From Candidatus Stammera capleta (lineage in GTDB: Bacteria; Pseudomonadota; Gammaproteobacteria; Enterobacterales; Enterobacteriaceae): a stretch of 64,000 bases of DNA. The translations under genes were made by a program, and so were the position numbers. Below the pieces are notes generated by a model, which was not told where the DNA came from, ran no database searches, and saw nothing but the letters and a program-made list of their open reading frames with translations. How positions within the stretch are numbered: position 1 is the stretch's first letter; each line of letters starts with the position of its first letter. The stretch lies in NCBI GenBank assembly GCA_036689275.1, contig CP144780.1, forward strand, positions 171,248-235,247, in the 5' to 3' direction. Of this stretch, positions 14,414-25,486 are shown in pieces.

Positions 14414-14938
14414 ATTAAAATTAACAAAAAAGTTTTATATAAAAAAAAACATAGAATAAATGAAGAAATTAAAAATGATATTATAAAATTAATAGATAAT
14501 ATTACTAAAAAAACTAATGTTATAAAAACTAAAAAAGCTTTAAATATAGCTAAGAAATATAATTTAGATTTAGTGGAAATTAATTCCACTATTTACCCTC
14601 CAATATGTAAAATATTAAATTATGGAAAATTTATATATAAAAAAAATAAACAAAAAAAAAACATAAGACAACATATAAAAGAAATTAAATTTAGACTTAA
14701 TACAAATAATAATGATTATAATATAAAAATTAAAAATATTATAAAATTTATAAAAAAAAAATATAAAATTAAAATTAGTATTTTTTTAAGAGGAAGAGAA
14801 ATCATACATAAAGATATTGTAATAAACATGCTAAATAAAATACAAAATGAAATTAAAAAATATATTAATTTATATTTAATATTTAAAAAAATAGAAGGTA
14901 GAATAATAAATATGATATTAACACCAAAAAAAAAATAA
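14414..14938 (+). CDS. infC: Translation initiation factor IF-3 (non-ATG, probable ATT start)
   Basis: RINEEIK.., LDLVEINSTIYPPICKILNYGKF and FLRGREIIH are colinear with E. coli IF3. The frame opens after TAA 14375-14377 and contains no ATG/GTG/TTG before the conserved N-terminus. AAGGA lies at 14402-14406 and is followed by ATT at 14414 (alternative ATT at 14420). TAA is at 14936-14938. Confidence 0.85.
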   Translation: MKINKKVLYKKKHRINEEIKNDIIKLIDNITKKTNVIKTKKALNIAKKYNLDLVEINSTIYPPICKILNYGKFIYKKNKQKKNIRQHIKEIKFRLNTNNNDYNIKIKNIIKFIKKKYKIKISIFLRGREIIHKDIVINMLNKIQNEIKKYINLYLIFKKIEGRIINMILTPKKK

Positions 14939-14940
14939 AT

Positions 14941-15138
14941 ATGAAAAAAATTAAAACTATTAAATCACTTAAAAAAAGAATTAAAAAAACTTCTTCAGGA
15001 AAATTTAAATTTAAATCTTCTAATTTAAATCATATTTTAACTAAAAAAAAAAGAAAAAAAAAAAGACAACTAAAAAAAAAAAAAATAATTAATAAAAAAA
15101 ATACTAAAATATTTAAAATATTAAATCCTTATTTATAA
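14941..15138 (+). CDS. rpmI: 50S ribosomal protein L35
   Basis: Intact 65-aa [39 protein letters not shown]. It sits between infC and rplT. Confidence 0.9.
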   Translation: MKKIKTIKSLKKRIKKTSSGKFKFKSSNLNHILTKKKRKKKRQLKKKKIINKKNTKIFKILNPYL

Positions 15139-15167
15139 TTCAAATATATTTAAAGAGCATATATTAT

Positions 15168-15518
15168 ATGATAAGAGTTAAAAGAGGAGTTACCTCACAT
15201 AAAAGACATAAAAAAATATTAAAATTAGCTAAAGGTTATTATAGTAGTAGATCTAAAACATATAAAGCAGCTAAACAATCTGTAATTAAATCTGGACAAT
15301 ATTCATATCGAGATAGAAAACAAAAAAAAAGAAATTTTCGTAAAATTTGAATTACACAAATTAATGCTAAAGTAAGAAAATATGGAATTACATATAATAT
15401 ATTTATGAATAAAATTAAAAAAATATTAAATATAGATAGAAAAATTTTGGCAAATATAATTAATAAAGAAAATAAAAGTTTTGATAAAATTATTATATTA
15501 ATTAAAAATATTAAATAA
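15168..15518 (+). CDS. rplT: 50S ribosomal protein L20
   Basis: [47 protein letters not shown](TGA)ITQINA. TAA is at 15516-15518. Confidence 0.95.
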
Positions 15519-15527
15519 TTATTTAAA

Positions 15528-16502
15528 ATGTTTAAATATATTAAAGATATAAAAAAATTTAGAAAAAAAATTAAAAATATATCTGATATTAAAAATATAA
15601 AAAAAATAGAAATTAAATATTTAGGAAAAAATGGATATATTAATAATTTAATACAAATAATTAAAACCACTCCTAAAAAAAAAAAATCTATAATAGGAAA
15701 AAAAATAAATAAAATTAAAAAATATATTATATATAAAATAAACTTTTATAAAAAAAAAATATATAAAAAAAATAAAAGTATAAAAAATATATATGTAGAT
15801 TTATCTCTTCCAGGGAAAATATCTTTAATTGGTAATATGCATCCAATTACTTATACAATAAATAAAATAGAAGATTTTTTTATTAAATTAGGATTTATAT
15901 ATATAAAAAGTGAAGAAATAGAAAATAAATATTATAATTTTGATTTATTAAATATTAATAAATATCATCCTTCAAGATCTTTAAATGATACATTTTGAAT
16001 TAATAAAAATATTTTATTAAGAACTCATACATCATCATTTCAAATTAAATATATGAAAAAAAATAAACCTCCTATTAAAATAATTACTTCAGGAAATGTA
16101 TTTAGAAAAGATGATGATAGTACACATACTCCTATGTTTCATCAATTAGATTGTTTAATAATAGAAAAAAATATTAATTTTTCTAATTTAAAATATTTAA
16201 TTAATAAATTTATTAATTTTTTTTTTAAAAAAAAAATAAAAATTAAATTTGTACCATCATATTTCCCTTTCACTGAACCTTCTGCTGAAGTTTTTATTAA
16301 AAATAATAATAATAAATGAATAGAAATATTAGGATGTGGATTAGTACACCCAATAATATTAAAAAATGTAAATATTAATACTAAAATTTATTCGGGATTA
16401 GCATTTGGAATAGGAATAGAAAGATTAATAATGTTAAAGTATAACATTAAAAATATTAAAACATTATATAAAAATAATATTAAATTATTAGAACAATTTT
16501 AA
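15528..16502 (+). CDS. pheS: Phenylalanyl-tRNA synthetase alpha subunit
   Basis: [54 protein letters not shown] and [10 protein letters not shown]. Two track fragments plus a tail are joined through TGA. TAA is at 16500-16502. Confidence 0.95.
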
Positions 16503-16516
16503 TCTTCAGGATTTAA

Positions 16517-18736
16517 ATGAAATTTCATGAATTATGAATTAAAAAATATATTAAATATAATTTAAATATTAAAAATATAATAAAATTATTAAATAATAAT
16601 GGATTTGAAATTAAATTTTTAAAATTATCAAATAATAAATATTATATATTTGAAAAAATTATTTCATATAAAAAAATATATAATAATTTAATATGTATAA
16701 AAATTAAATATATTAATAAAATATATAAAATATATATAAAAAATATAAAAGAGAATATTATTAATAAATATATTATTTTATATAAAAACGAACTTAAAGA
16801 AAAAAAATTCAAATATAAAAAAATACAATATTATAATAATTATATATATATACTTTATAAAATAAAAAAAAAAAAAAAAAAAATAATTAAATATATTAAT
16901 AATAATAATATTTATGAAATAAATATACCTTATAATAAATTATATTGTAATAATATATATTCTCTATCTAGAGAAATATCTTTATTAATAAATAAAAAAA
17001 TAAATTATTATAAAAATAATATAATTAAAAAAAAAAATAAATATGAATTAAAAATAAATAATATTAATAAAAATATAATAAATTATAAATATTTAATTAT
17101 TAAAAATATTAAAAATATTAAAAAAAAAATTATACTTAAAAAATTTAAAAAATTAAAATTTTTAAATATAAAAATCAAATATAATATTTTAGATGTAATA
17201 AATTTAATTTTAATAGAATTTGGACAAAAAAATTTTATATTAGATTTAGATAAAATTAATAAAAATAATATCAATAAATATAATATAATTATTAATAAAA
17301 ATATATTTTTATACCAAAATATTAAAAAATATTATATAAATAAAAACACTAAAAATATATTAATATTATCTCCATTATTCAAATATAGATATATATTAAA
17401 AAAAAATTATATATTTAATAATAATGTTTTAAATAAATATATTAGTAATAATAATAGTAATATACAAAATATATCATTATTAAAAATTTCTAGTATAATT
17501 AAAAAAATATATAAAGGTATTATATATAAAATAAAAACTAAAAAAAACATAAATATTAAAAATAAATTTTTTATAATTAAATATAAATATATTTATAATA
17601 AAATTGGTATTAAAATTAATAAAATAAAAATTATTAATATATTAAAACAATTAAATTATAAAATTATAAAAAAAAAATATTATGCATTACATTTATATAT
17701 ACCTAAATGAAGAACAGATATAACAATTAAAGAAAACATTATAAAAGATATAATAAATATTTTAAATATAAATAAAATTCCTAATAATTCATTTAATACT
17801 GATATTAATATAAATTATAAAAATAATAATAAATATAAAATTAATAAAATTAAAAATATATTAATTAATAAAGGATATAAAGAAGTAATAAATTTTATTT
17901 TTACAAATAAAAAAAAAGAATCTATTTATTTTAAAAAAATAAATAATGTTAAAATATATAATCCTATTTCCCAAAAAAATAAATTATTAAGAAAATCTTT
18001 ATTACCTAATATAATAGATAATTTATTATATAACTCTTTAAGAAAACAAGAAACAATAAAATTCTTTGAATTAGGAAAATGTTATTATACTAATAATAAT
18101 AAAATATATAAAAATTATAAATTAATATCTATTATTTACGGATATAAAAAAAAAAATTTATGATATTCTAAAGATAAATTATTTAATTTCTATGATATTA
18201 AAGGTGATTTAGAATATATTCTTATTAAACAAAATAAATATATTTATTTAGATATTAAAAAATCAAATTATTTATTTTTAGATAAAAAATATAATGCTAA
18301 TATATTACTAAATAAAAAAAAAATAGGTTATATAGGTATGATAAACGAAAAAGTCAAAAATTTTTTTTCTTTAAAATATCAAACATTTTTATTTGAAATA
18401 AATATTAAATATATAATTAATAAAACTAAAAATAAAATTAAAAAAATTTCTAAATATATTAATAATATTAAAGATATAACATTAATAATTAATAAAAATA
18501 TATCTATACATAAAATTATTAATACCTGTTTATTAAGGTTTAATAAAATAATAGAAAAAATTAATATAATTAAAATATATAATAATAAATTATTAAAAAT
18601 TAATAAACAAAAAAATATCACTTTAAGATTTAATATTAAACAAAAAAATAAAAATTTTAATAAAAAAGATACCAATAAAATTATTACTAAATGTAAATTA
18701 TTTTTAAAAAAAAAATTTAGTGCTTTAATTTATTAA
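16517..18736 (+). CDS. pheT: Phenylalanyl-tRNA synthetase beta subunit (degenerate, 739 aa)
   Basis: AGGA at 16508-16511, then ATG 16517. MKFHELW matches E. coli MKFSELW. IPKWRTDITIKENIIKDI corresponds to the B5 region. The frame was traced through the A20 run at 16864-16883 and stays open. TAA is at 18734-18736. Confidence 0.85.
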
Positions 18737-18737
18737 A

Positions 18738-19013
18738 ATGAATTATCTTAAAAAAGATATTATTAACTTTATAAATAAATATACAAAAATCAAAATTAAG
18801 AAAATTAAAATAATTATTAATTATTTATTTAAAATTATTATTTATTATATCTGTAAAAAAAAAAAAGTTAATATTAAAAAATTTGGAAAATTTATAATTA
18901 AAAAACAAAAAAAAAAAAAATGATATAATCCTATTAAAAAAAAATACTTAATAATTTCAAGTAAAAAAATAGTAAAATTTATATTTAGTAAAAAATTTAA
19001 AAAAAATATATAA
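18738..19013 (+). CDS. ihfA: Integration host factor alpha / HU-family DNA-binding protein (degenerate)
   Basis: 91 codons directly after pheT, as in E. coli. KKFGKFIIKK..YNPIKKK..IVKFIFSKKFK is colinear with GFGNFDLRDK..RNPKTGE..VVTFRPGQKLK. There is one TGA. Confidence 0.6.
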
Positions 19014-19327
19014 AAAATATTTAAATAATATTATTCAAATATTTTATTATTAATAAAACATAAATATATTATTAATTATAATAATAGAATAATTATATAT
19101 ATATAAAATTTTAATAATTAATTTTTAAAATATATAAATTAATATAAAAATATATAAAAATAAAATATAAAATATATTAATTTTAAATCTTTTAAAAAAA
19201 TTATCCTATATATTTTAAATTTTTTATTTATATATATTTTAAAAAAAATAACAATTATAAATATTTTTAAAAAAAAATATAAAAAATTAAAAATATCCTA
19301 AAAAATTGATATATAGGAATATAAATT

Positions 19328-20074
19328 ATGAAAAAATACTCATATAATTATTATAATTTTACAAATAATAATAATATAAAAAACTATATAAATAAAGTAT
19401 ATAATTGAATGTCATGTGGTTTATTGATCACTTCATTTATATCATGATATATTACTAAAATACCTTTTGTTTTAGAAATGATATTTTTTAATAGATTATT
19501 TTTATTTACAATATTAATATCTCAATTAATGATAGTTTTTATATTATCTAACATGATAAGTAGAATTTCTACTAATAGTGCAATACTATTATTTATATTA
19601 TATTCAATACTAACAGGAATATCTATATCAAGTATTTTTTTAATATATACATTTACCTCTGTTACTATATCTTTTTTAATTTGCAGTTTAATGTTTATGT
19701 TTATGAGTTTATGAGGATATAATTCTAAAATAGATTTAACTAAAATAGGTAATGTATCTTTAATGTTATTAGTAGGAACAATTTTATCAACTATAATAAA
19801 TAGTATTATAAAAAGTAATTTAATAATATGAATAACATCATATTTAGGAATAATATCTTTTTGTATTTTAATATCATGAGATACACAAAAATTAAAAGAA
19901 ATAGGATTAAATATTATAAATGACAAAGATGATTATGATGAACAATTAAAAAAATATTCTATTTTAGGCGCATTAATATTATATTTAGATTTTATAAATT
20001 TATATCTATTAATTTTAAAAGTTTCAGGAATAAAAAAAAAAATAAATAATAATAAAAGTAATAAAAAAAATTAA
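19328..20074 (+). CDS. ybhL: BAX inhibitor-1/YccA family membrane protein, YbhL-like
   Basis: VYNWMSCGLLITSFISWYI and KYSILGALILYLDFINLYLLIL match E. coli YbhL VYGWMTVGLLLTAFVAWY and KYSILGALTLYLDFINLFLMLL. ATG 19328, TAA 20072-20074. Confidence 0.85.
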
Positions 20075-20080
20075 TTATCT

Positions 20081-20114
20081 TTTTCTTATAAGAAAAAATT
20101 TTCTTATAAGAAAA
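20081..20114. repeat. Tandem pair of 16-nt palindromes between convergent ybhL and ppa
   Basis: TTTTCTTATAAGAAAA occurs at 20081-20096 and again at 20099-20114, separated by AA. Each copy is self-complementary. The second ends immediately before the ppa stop codon (20115-20117), and the first starts 6 nt after the ybhL stop. Confidence 0.6.
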
Positions 20115-20657
20115 TTATTTCAATTTTTTAGAATTATAAAAATTTATTGAATTTAATATTACTTTTTTAGATTCATGAATATCATATCAATCATCTATTT
20201 TAGTTCATTTATCATTTTCTAAATCTTTATAATGTTCAAAAAAATATAATATACTATCTAATAAAAATACAGGTATATCACATATATCTTGAATAAAATC
20301 ATATTTATTAGTTATATTATAATTTGGTACTGCTAAAATTTTATAATCTTTACCAGATTCATCTTGCATTTTTAATAAACCTATTGGTCTACAATGTATT
20401 ACAGAATTTATAAATAATGGATAATCTGATATTACTAAAACATCTAATGGATCTTTATCTAAAAATAAAGATTTATTGATATATCCATAATTACATGGAT
20501 AAAAAATATTATTAGAAATAAATCTATCTACTCAAATACAATTATATTTTTTATTAATTTCATATTTAATATTAGATGTATTTAAAGGTATTTCAATAAT
20601 TACATAAATATCATTAGGTATATTTTTTCCAGAAGGAATATTAGATATATTTTTCAT
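20115..20657 (-). CDS. ppa: Inorganic pyrophosphatase
   Basis: Not in the track (three TGA). 180 codons traced. [67 protein letters not shown] and [13 protein letters not shown] are almost colinear with E. coli Ppa. Confidence 0.95.
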
Positions 20658-20735
20658 ATATTAAAACTCATATTAATTTAATAAATATTTAAAATATTAT
20701 TTAACTTAAATAATATATATATATTATAATAATAT

Positions 20736-22073
20736 ATGAATAAAAAAAATATAAATAAATATAAAAAAAAAATTATTAAAATATTTAAAAAAATTAAAAA
20801 ATATACAAATAGTAATATACAAATAAATACTAAAATAACTAAAGAAACTATTTTAACTATTAAAAATCAAAAAATTGAAGATATTGAATTTAAAAAAAAT
20901 ATAATAATTAATTTAACTAGTTATTATAAAAAACATAAATGTTTAATAACAATAAATAATTTTAATAAAAAAACTATTATACATTGTATTAACTATATTA
21001 ATAAAACTATTAAATATACACATAAAGATATATACAATATATTACCAAATGTAAAAAAATTTAAAAAAAAATATAATAATAATTTAGGTATATACTTTAA
21101 TGATAATATAAAAATTAATGAAATAATAAATATTATTAAAAATATAGAAAAAAATACTCTAAATTTTAATAATAATATTTATAGTGATGGCACTACTTTT
21201 ATAAAACAAAAAAATATTTTTTTATTATTTAATGATTATAATTATTTTAAAACATATAAAAATAAAATATACTGTATATTTCATAATATAATAATAAAAA
21301 AAAAAAACATTATGGAATATGAAAGTATTAATTTATATACTCATAAATTAATAGATTTAATATATAAATATCATTATTTAAGTAAAAAAATAATTAAAAA
21401 AATAATTCCTAAATTAAATCAAAAAAAAATTAAAACACAAAAATTACCTGTAATTTTTAATAATGAAATTAGCTCAGAAATATTTTCATATTTAATTAAT
21501 TTAATTAAAGGAAAAAATATTTATAATAAAAAATCATTTTTATATAATAAAATAAATAAAAGAATATTTCCTAGATGAATTAATATAATAGAAAATCCTT
21601 TTTTATATAAAGGAATAGGATCTAAACCTTTTGATTCAGAAGGAATGAATACTAAAAAATATACCATAATCAGAAATGGTATTTTAAAAACTTATATATT
21701 AAATACATATTATTCTAATAAATTAAAATTAAAAAATACATCTAATAAAGGAGGAATACATAATTGAATATTTAAAAAAAATATTAAAGATATAAATTAT
21801 AAAAAATTAAAGGATATAATGAATACAGGAATTATAATAGATAAATTTTTAGGACAAGGTATAAATTTTAATACAGGATTATATTCTAAAGGAATTTCTG
21901 GATATTATATAAAAAATAAAAAAATGCAATTTTATATAAATGAAGCTACTATATCTGGTAATTTAAAATATTTATTTAAGAATATAATTAATATGAGTAA
22001 CGATATTAATTATAATTCACAAATACAATGTGGATCAATATTAATTAATCAAATATTAATAACTAGTAAATAA
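20736..22073 (+). CDS. pmbA: Metalloprotease PmbA (TldE)
   Basis: Two track fragments are in one frame, and the gap was traced. GSKPFDSEGMNT and the C-terminal ATISGNLKYLFKNIINMSNDINYNSQIQCGSILI match E. coli PmbA [34 protein letters not shown]. Confidence 0.8.
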
Positions 22074-22619
22074 TTTTTTTTAAAAAAAATAAAAATATTT
22101 AAATATTATAAATAATTTATATATAAAAGAAAAAATCTTAATTATTTTAAAAATAATATATTTATATATATATAAATATATTTTTTATATTTATATAAAA
22201 TTCTATATATAAAAATAAAAAATTAATTTTAAAAAATTAATATATAAAATTGATTTCTTAAAAAATATTAATAAATTAAATAATTAATATATTAAATATA
22301 ACTATTATATATATAAATAATTTAATTTAAATTAAATATATATTTAAAAAATATTTTTTTAAAAAAAAATATATATTAATTATAATTACTTATTTTAAAA
22401 TATTTTATTTAAAATATAAAAAAAAATAATAAATATGTAAAATATTTTATATATTTAAAAATTAAATAATTAAATTTATATATTTATTACTTATAAATAT
22501 ATAATTTAAATTATTTATATTTAAAAAAATTAATATCTTATACAATTAATATAAAAATTATATAAATTTTATTAATAATATTTTTTTAAAAAAAAAATAA
22601 TTATATAAATAAAATATAA
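22074..22619. other. A/T-only intergenic spacer (546 bp) between convergent pmbA and fldA
   Basis: By hand count there are 11 G/C in 546 nt. No ORF and no structured-RNA-like G/C content. It contains T8A8 (22074-22089), T7A9 (22354-22369) and T7A10 (22581-22597). Confidence 0.7.
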
Positions 22620-23162
22620 TTATTTAATAATTAATTTATTTATATAAAAATTATAAATATTAACTATTAAATCACTTACTCATATAGAAATTCTTCTTTT
22701 AGAAAGTTCAAATTGATTGTGTTCATCCAACATTAAACCAATAAAATTTTTTTTATTTAATAAACTTTTTGAATAATTAAATATATAACTATTAGTAGAT
22801 CAATAACCTATTATAATAGGTTTTTTTTTATATACTATTTTATATAATTCATAAACAGCATCACAAAAACTATTTTTATAATTTCTTTGATCACCACAGC
22901 CAAATAAAGCAACAATTTTATTTTTAAAATTTATTTTCTTTAAAATATCTAAAAAATTAATTCAATCATATTGTAATTCACCCAAATATCAAGTAGAAGT
23001 ACCTAATATAAAAATATCAAAGTTTAAAAAATCTTTTTTAAAACTTTGAGAAATATTAAATATTTTAGTATTAAAATATTTTGATATTTTATCTTTTATT
23101 AAATAAGCATTTTTCTTAGTATTACCAGTATCACTACCAAAAAATATTCCTATATTACACAT
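22620..23162 (-). CDS. fldA: Flavodoxin
   Basis: Not in the track. 180 codons traced. MCNIGIFFGSDTGNTKK, ILGTSTWYLGELQYDW, KIVALFGCGDQRNY and FIGLMLDEHNQFELSKRRISIWV are colinear with E. coli FldA. Confidence 0.9.
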
Positions 23163-23253
23163 ACAACCTCAAAAAAAATATTTTAATAAAATATAACTAT
23201 ATTACAATAAAGATAATAAACAAAATTATTTAAAATATTATATTATAATTAAT

Positions 23254-24036
23254 ATGATAAATATAAAAAAAAAAATTATTATTATAGATTCTGGAATAGG
23301 TGGATTATCATTATTTAATATCAATATAATTAATAGTAAACAATGCATTTATGTAATGGATAATAATAATTTCCCTTATGGAAATAAAAATTATATATAT
23401 ATAGCTAAAAGATTATTTAATATAATTAATTATATAAATAATAAATATAATATATTATTTATTATTATTGCATGTAATACAGCTAGTATCATATGTTTAA
23501 AATATTTAAAAAAAAAATTTTCTATACCTATAATAGGAATATTTCCTAATATTAAAAAAGCTATAAAAAAAACTAAAAACAATATAATATTATTATTAGC
23601 TACTTATATAACAATTAATTCTAATTATATTAACAAAATTATTAAAAAAAAAAAAATTAAAATCATAAAAATTTATTCATCTAAATTAGTAGAAAAAGCT
23701 GAAAAAAAAATTAAATATAATAAAAAAATAAATATAAATAATATATTTAAAAATAAAATTTATAATAATATTATTCCAGATACTTTAATAATAGGGTGTA
23801 CTCATTTTTATTTTATTAAAAAAGAATTGAAATCTTTATTTAAAAACAAAATAAATTTTATTGATCATTTAAATAAAATTAAAAAAAATATATATAAATT
23901 TATTAAAGAAAAAAAAAATAAATATCCTAAAAAAAAGTATTTTATATATACAAAAAAACAAAATTTTAACAAAATATTTATTAAAAAAATAAAAAAAAAA
24001 TATAATTTTAAAAAATTTAAAAAAATTAATATATAA
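23254..24036 (+). CDS. murI: Glutamate racemase
   Basis: Intact 260-aa ORF with IIIIDSGIGGLS, FPYGNK, IIIACNTAS and LIIGCTHF, the catalytic Cys motifs. Confidence 0.9.
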   Translation: MINIKKKIIIIDSGIGGLSLFNINIINSKQCIYVMDNNNFPYGNKNYIYIAKRLFNIINYINNKYNILFIIIACNTASIICLKYLKKKFSIPIIGIFPNIKKAIKKTKNNIILLLATYITINSNYINKIIKKKKIKIIKIYSSKLVEKAEKKIKYNKKININNIFKNKIYNNIIPDTLIIGCTHFYFIKKELKSLFKNKINFIDHLNKIKKNIYKFIKEKKNKYPKKKYFIYTKKQNFNKIFIKKIKKKYNFKKFKKINI

Positions 24037-24038
24037 AA

Positions 24039-24569
24039 ATGAAAATTAATATTATTAAAATTTTATATAATTTATATTGAATAACTATGTATTTAATTTA
24101 TTTAATTAATAAATTCATAGAATATCCTTATATATTTATTACTCATTTAATATTAATTTATTTATATATTAAAATATATAATAAAAAAAAAAAAAAAATT
24201 ATTAAATTAATTACTATACCCTTAATTTTAATAATATTTAAAAAAATTATTAAAAATATATTATTTATTAATAGACCATATAAAAAAATACTAAATTATG
24301 AAAAAATATTAATATATATACCAATATGATTAATAAAATACTGAAATAATAAAATAGATAGTTCTTTTCCTTCTGGACATACTATTTATTCATTTTTTTG
24401 AATTTTAAATTTTAAAAATAAAATATATAAATGATATATAAAATTAATATTAATATTATTATTAATAATTATTACTAGTAGAATGCTATTATTTCTACAT
24501 AATATTGAAGATATAATATTTAGTATATTAGTTAATATTATATTTAAAAAAATATATACTAAAATATAA
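24039..24569 (+). CDS. PAP2-family phosphatase (possible undecaprenyl-diphosphate or phosphatidylglycerophosphate phosphatase)
   Basis: The three acid-phosphatase motifs are present: K..I...INRPY, SFPSGHT and SRMLLFLHNIED. The product is hydrophobic. ATG 24039 (alternative ATG 24087), TAA 24567-24569. The C-terminal half was traced through four TGA. Confidence 0.65.
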
Positions 24570-24574
24570 AAATA

Positions 24575-25486
24575 TTAAATTTTAAATATTGAAAAATCTT
24601 TAGCTATATAAGTTTTAGAAAAAAATTTTCTACAATCTTTTAACATTTTTAAAATATTTTTATAAGAATATCTAGAACTAAAGTGAGTAATAATTAATTT
24701 TTTTACATTATATTTTTTAGCTAATAAAGCAGCTTGAATATTAGTGGAATGACCTCTAGAATTTGCCTGATTTTTCATACTATCATCCAAAGTAGATTCA
24801 TGTATTAATAAATCTAAATTATATAATAATGAATTTTCATATTTTAAAGGTGAAGTGTCACCTAATATAATCATACTTTTACCTAAAATATTTTTGCCCA
24901 AATATTTTTTACCATCTAATCATTTATTATTAAAAAAAATTTTCTGTCCTAATTTTAAATATTTATATATAGGACTAGGATATATTTTTTCACTTATTAA
25001 TTTCTTTACATTTAAATGACCTATTTTATCACATTTTTTAATTTTATAACCATAACATTCTATAGAATGATTTAATAAAAAACAATCAACTTTATAAAAA
25101 CCATTATTAAATAATTCTCCTTCTTGTATTTCAAAAATTTCTAATGGAAAATTAATATAAGAATTAGTATATTTTAATGATAAATTAATAAATTTTTTAA
25201 TACCCTTATTTCCATATATTTCTAAACTATTACTACAATTATTAATAGATCTGCTAGTTAATAAACCTAACAAACCTAATATATGATCACCATGCATATG
25301 AGTAATAAAAATTTTTCTAATTTTAGTTAATTTTATAGAAGTATATAATATTTGATGTTGAGTAGCTTCCCCACAATCAAATAATCATATTTCATATATA
25401 TTATCATTTAATATTAAAGCTATACTACTTACATTTCTTTTGATAGAAGGTGAACCAGCATTAGTACCTAAAAATTGAATATACAT
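24575..25486 (-). CDS. rnz: Ribonuclease Z / RNase BN (metallo-beta-lactamase fold)
   Basis: MYIQFLGTNAGSPS, LFDCGEATQHQ, FITHMHGDHILGL, GDTSP, HESTL and ITHFSSRY. Fragments are joined through TGA and the N-terminal gap was traced. TAA is at 24575-24577. Confidence 0.85.

Noticed and set aside
16864-16883. A possible frameshift in pheT at the long poly(A) run, which would be a candidate for slippage-dependent expression.
   Set aside because: On careful recount the run is 20 nt, and the upstream and downstream conserved segments are in the same frame (start 16517 and track fragment 18338 are both frame 2). No shift is needed.
19015-19044. A 30-nt A/T-only near-palindrome (AAATATTTAAATAAT/ATTATTCAAATATTT, one mismatch) just after the ihfA stop, and other A/T palindromes in spacers.
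   Set aside because: In sequence that is about 98% A+T, imperfect A/T palindromes of this size are expected by chance. There is no G/C anchoring and no second copy.
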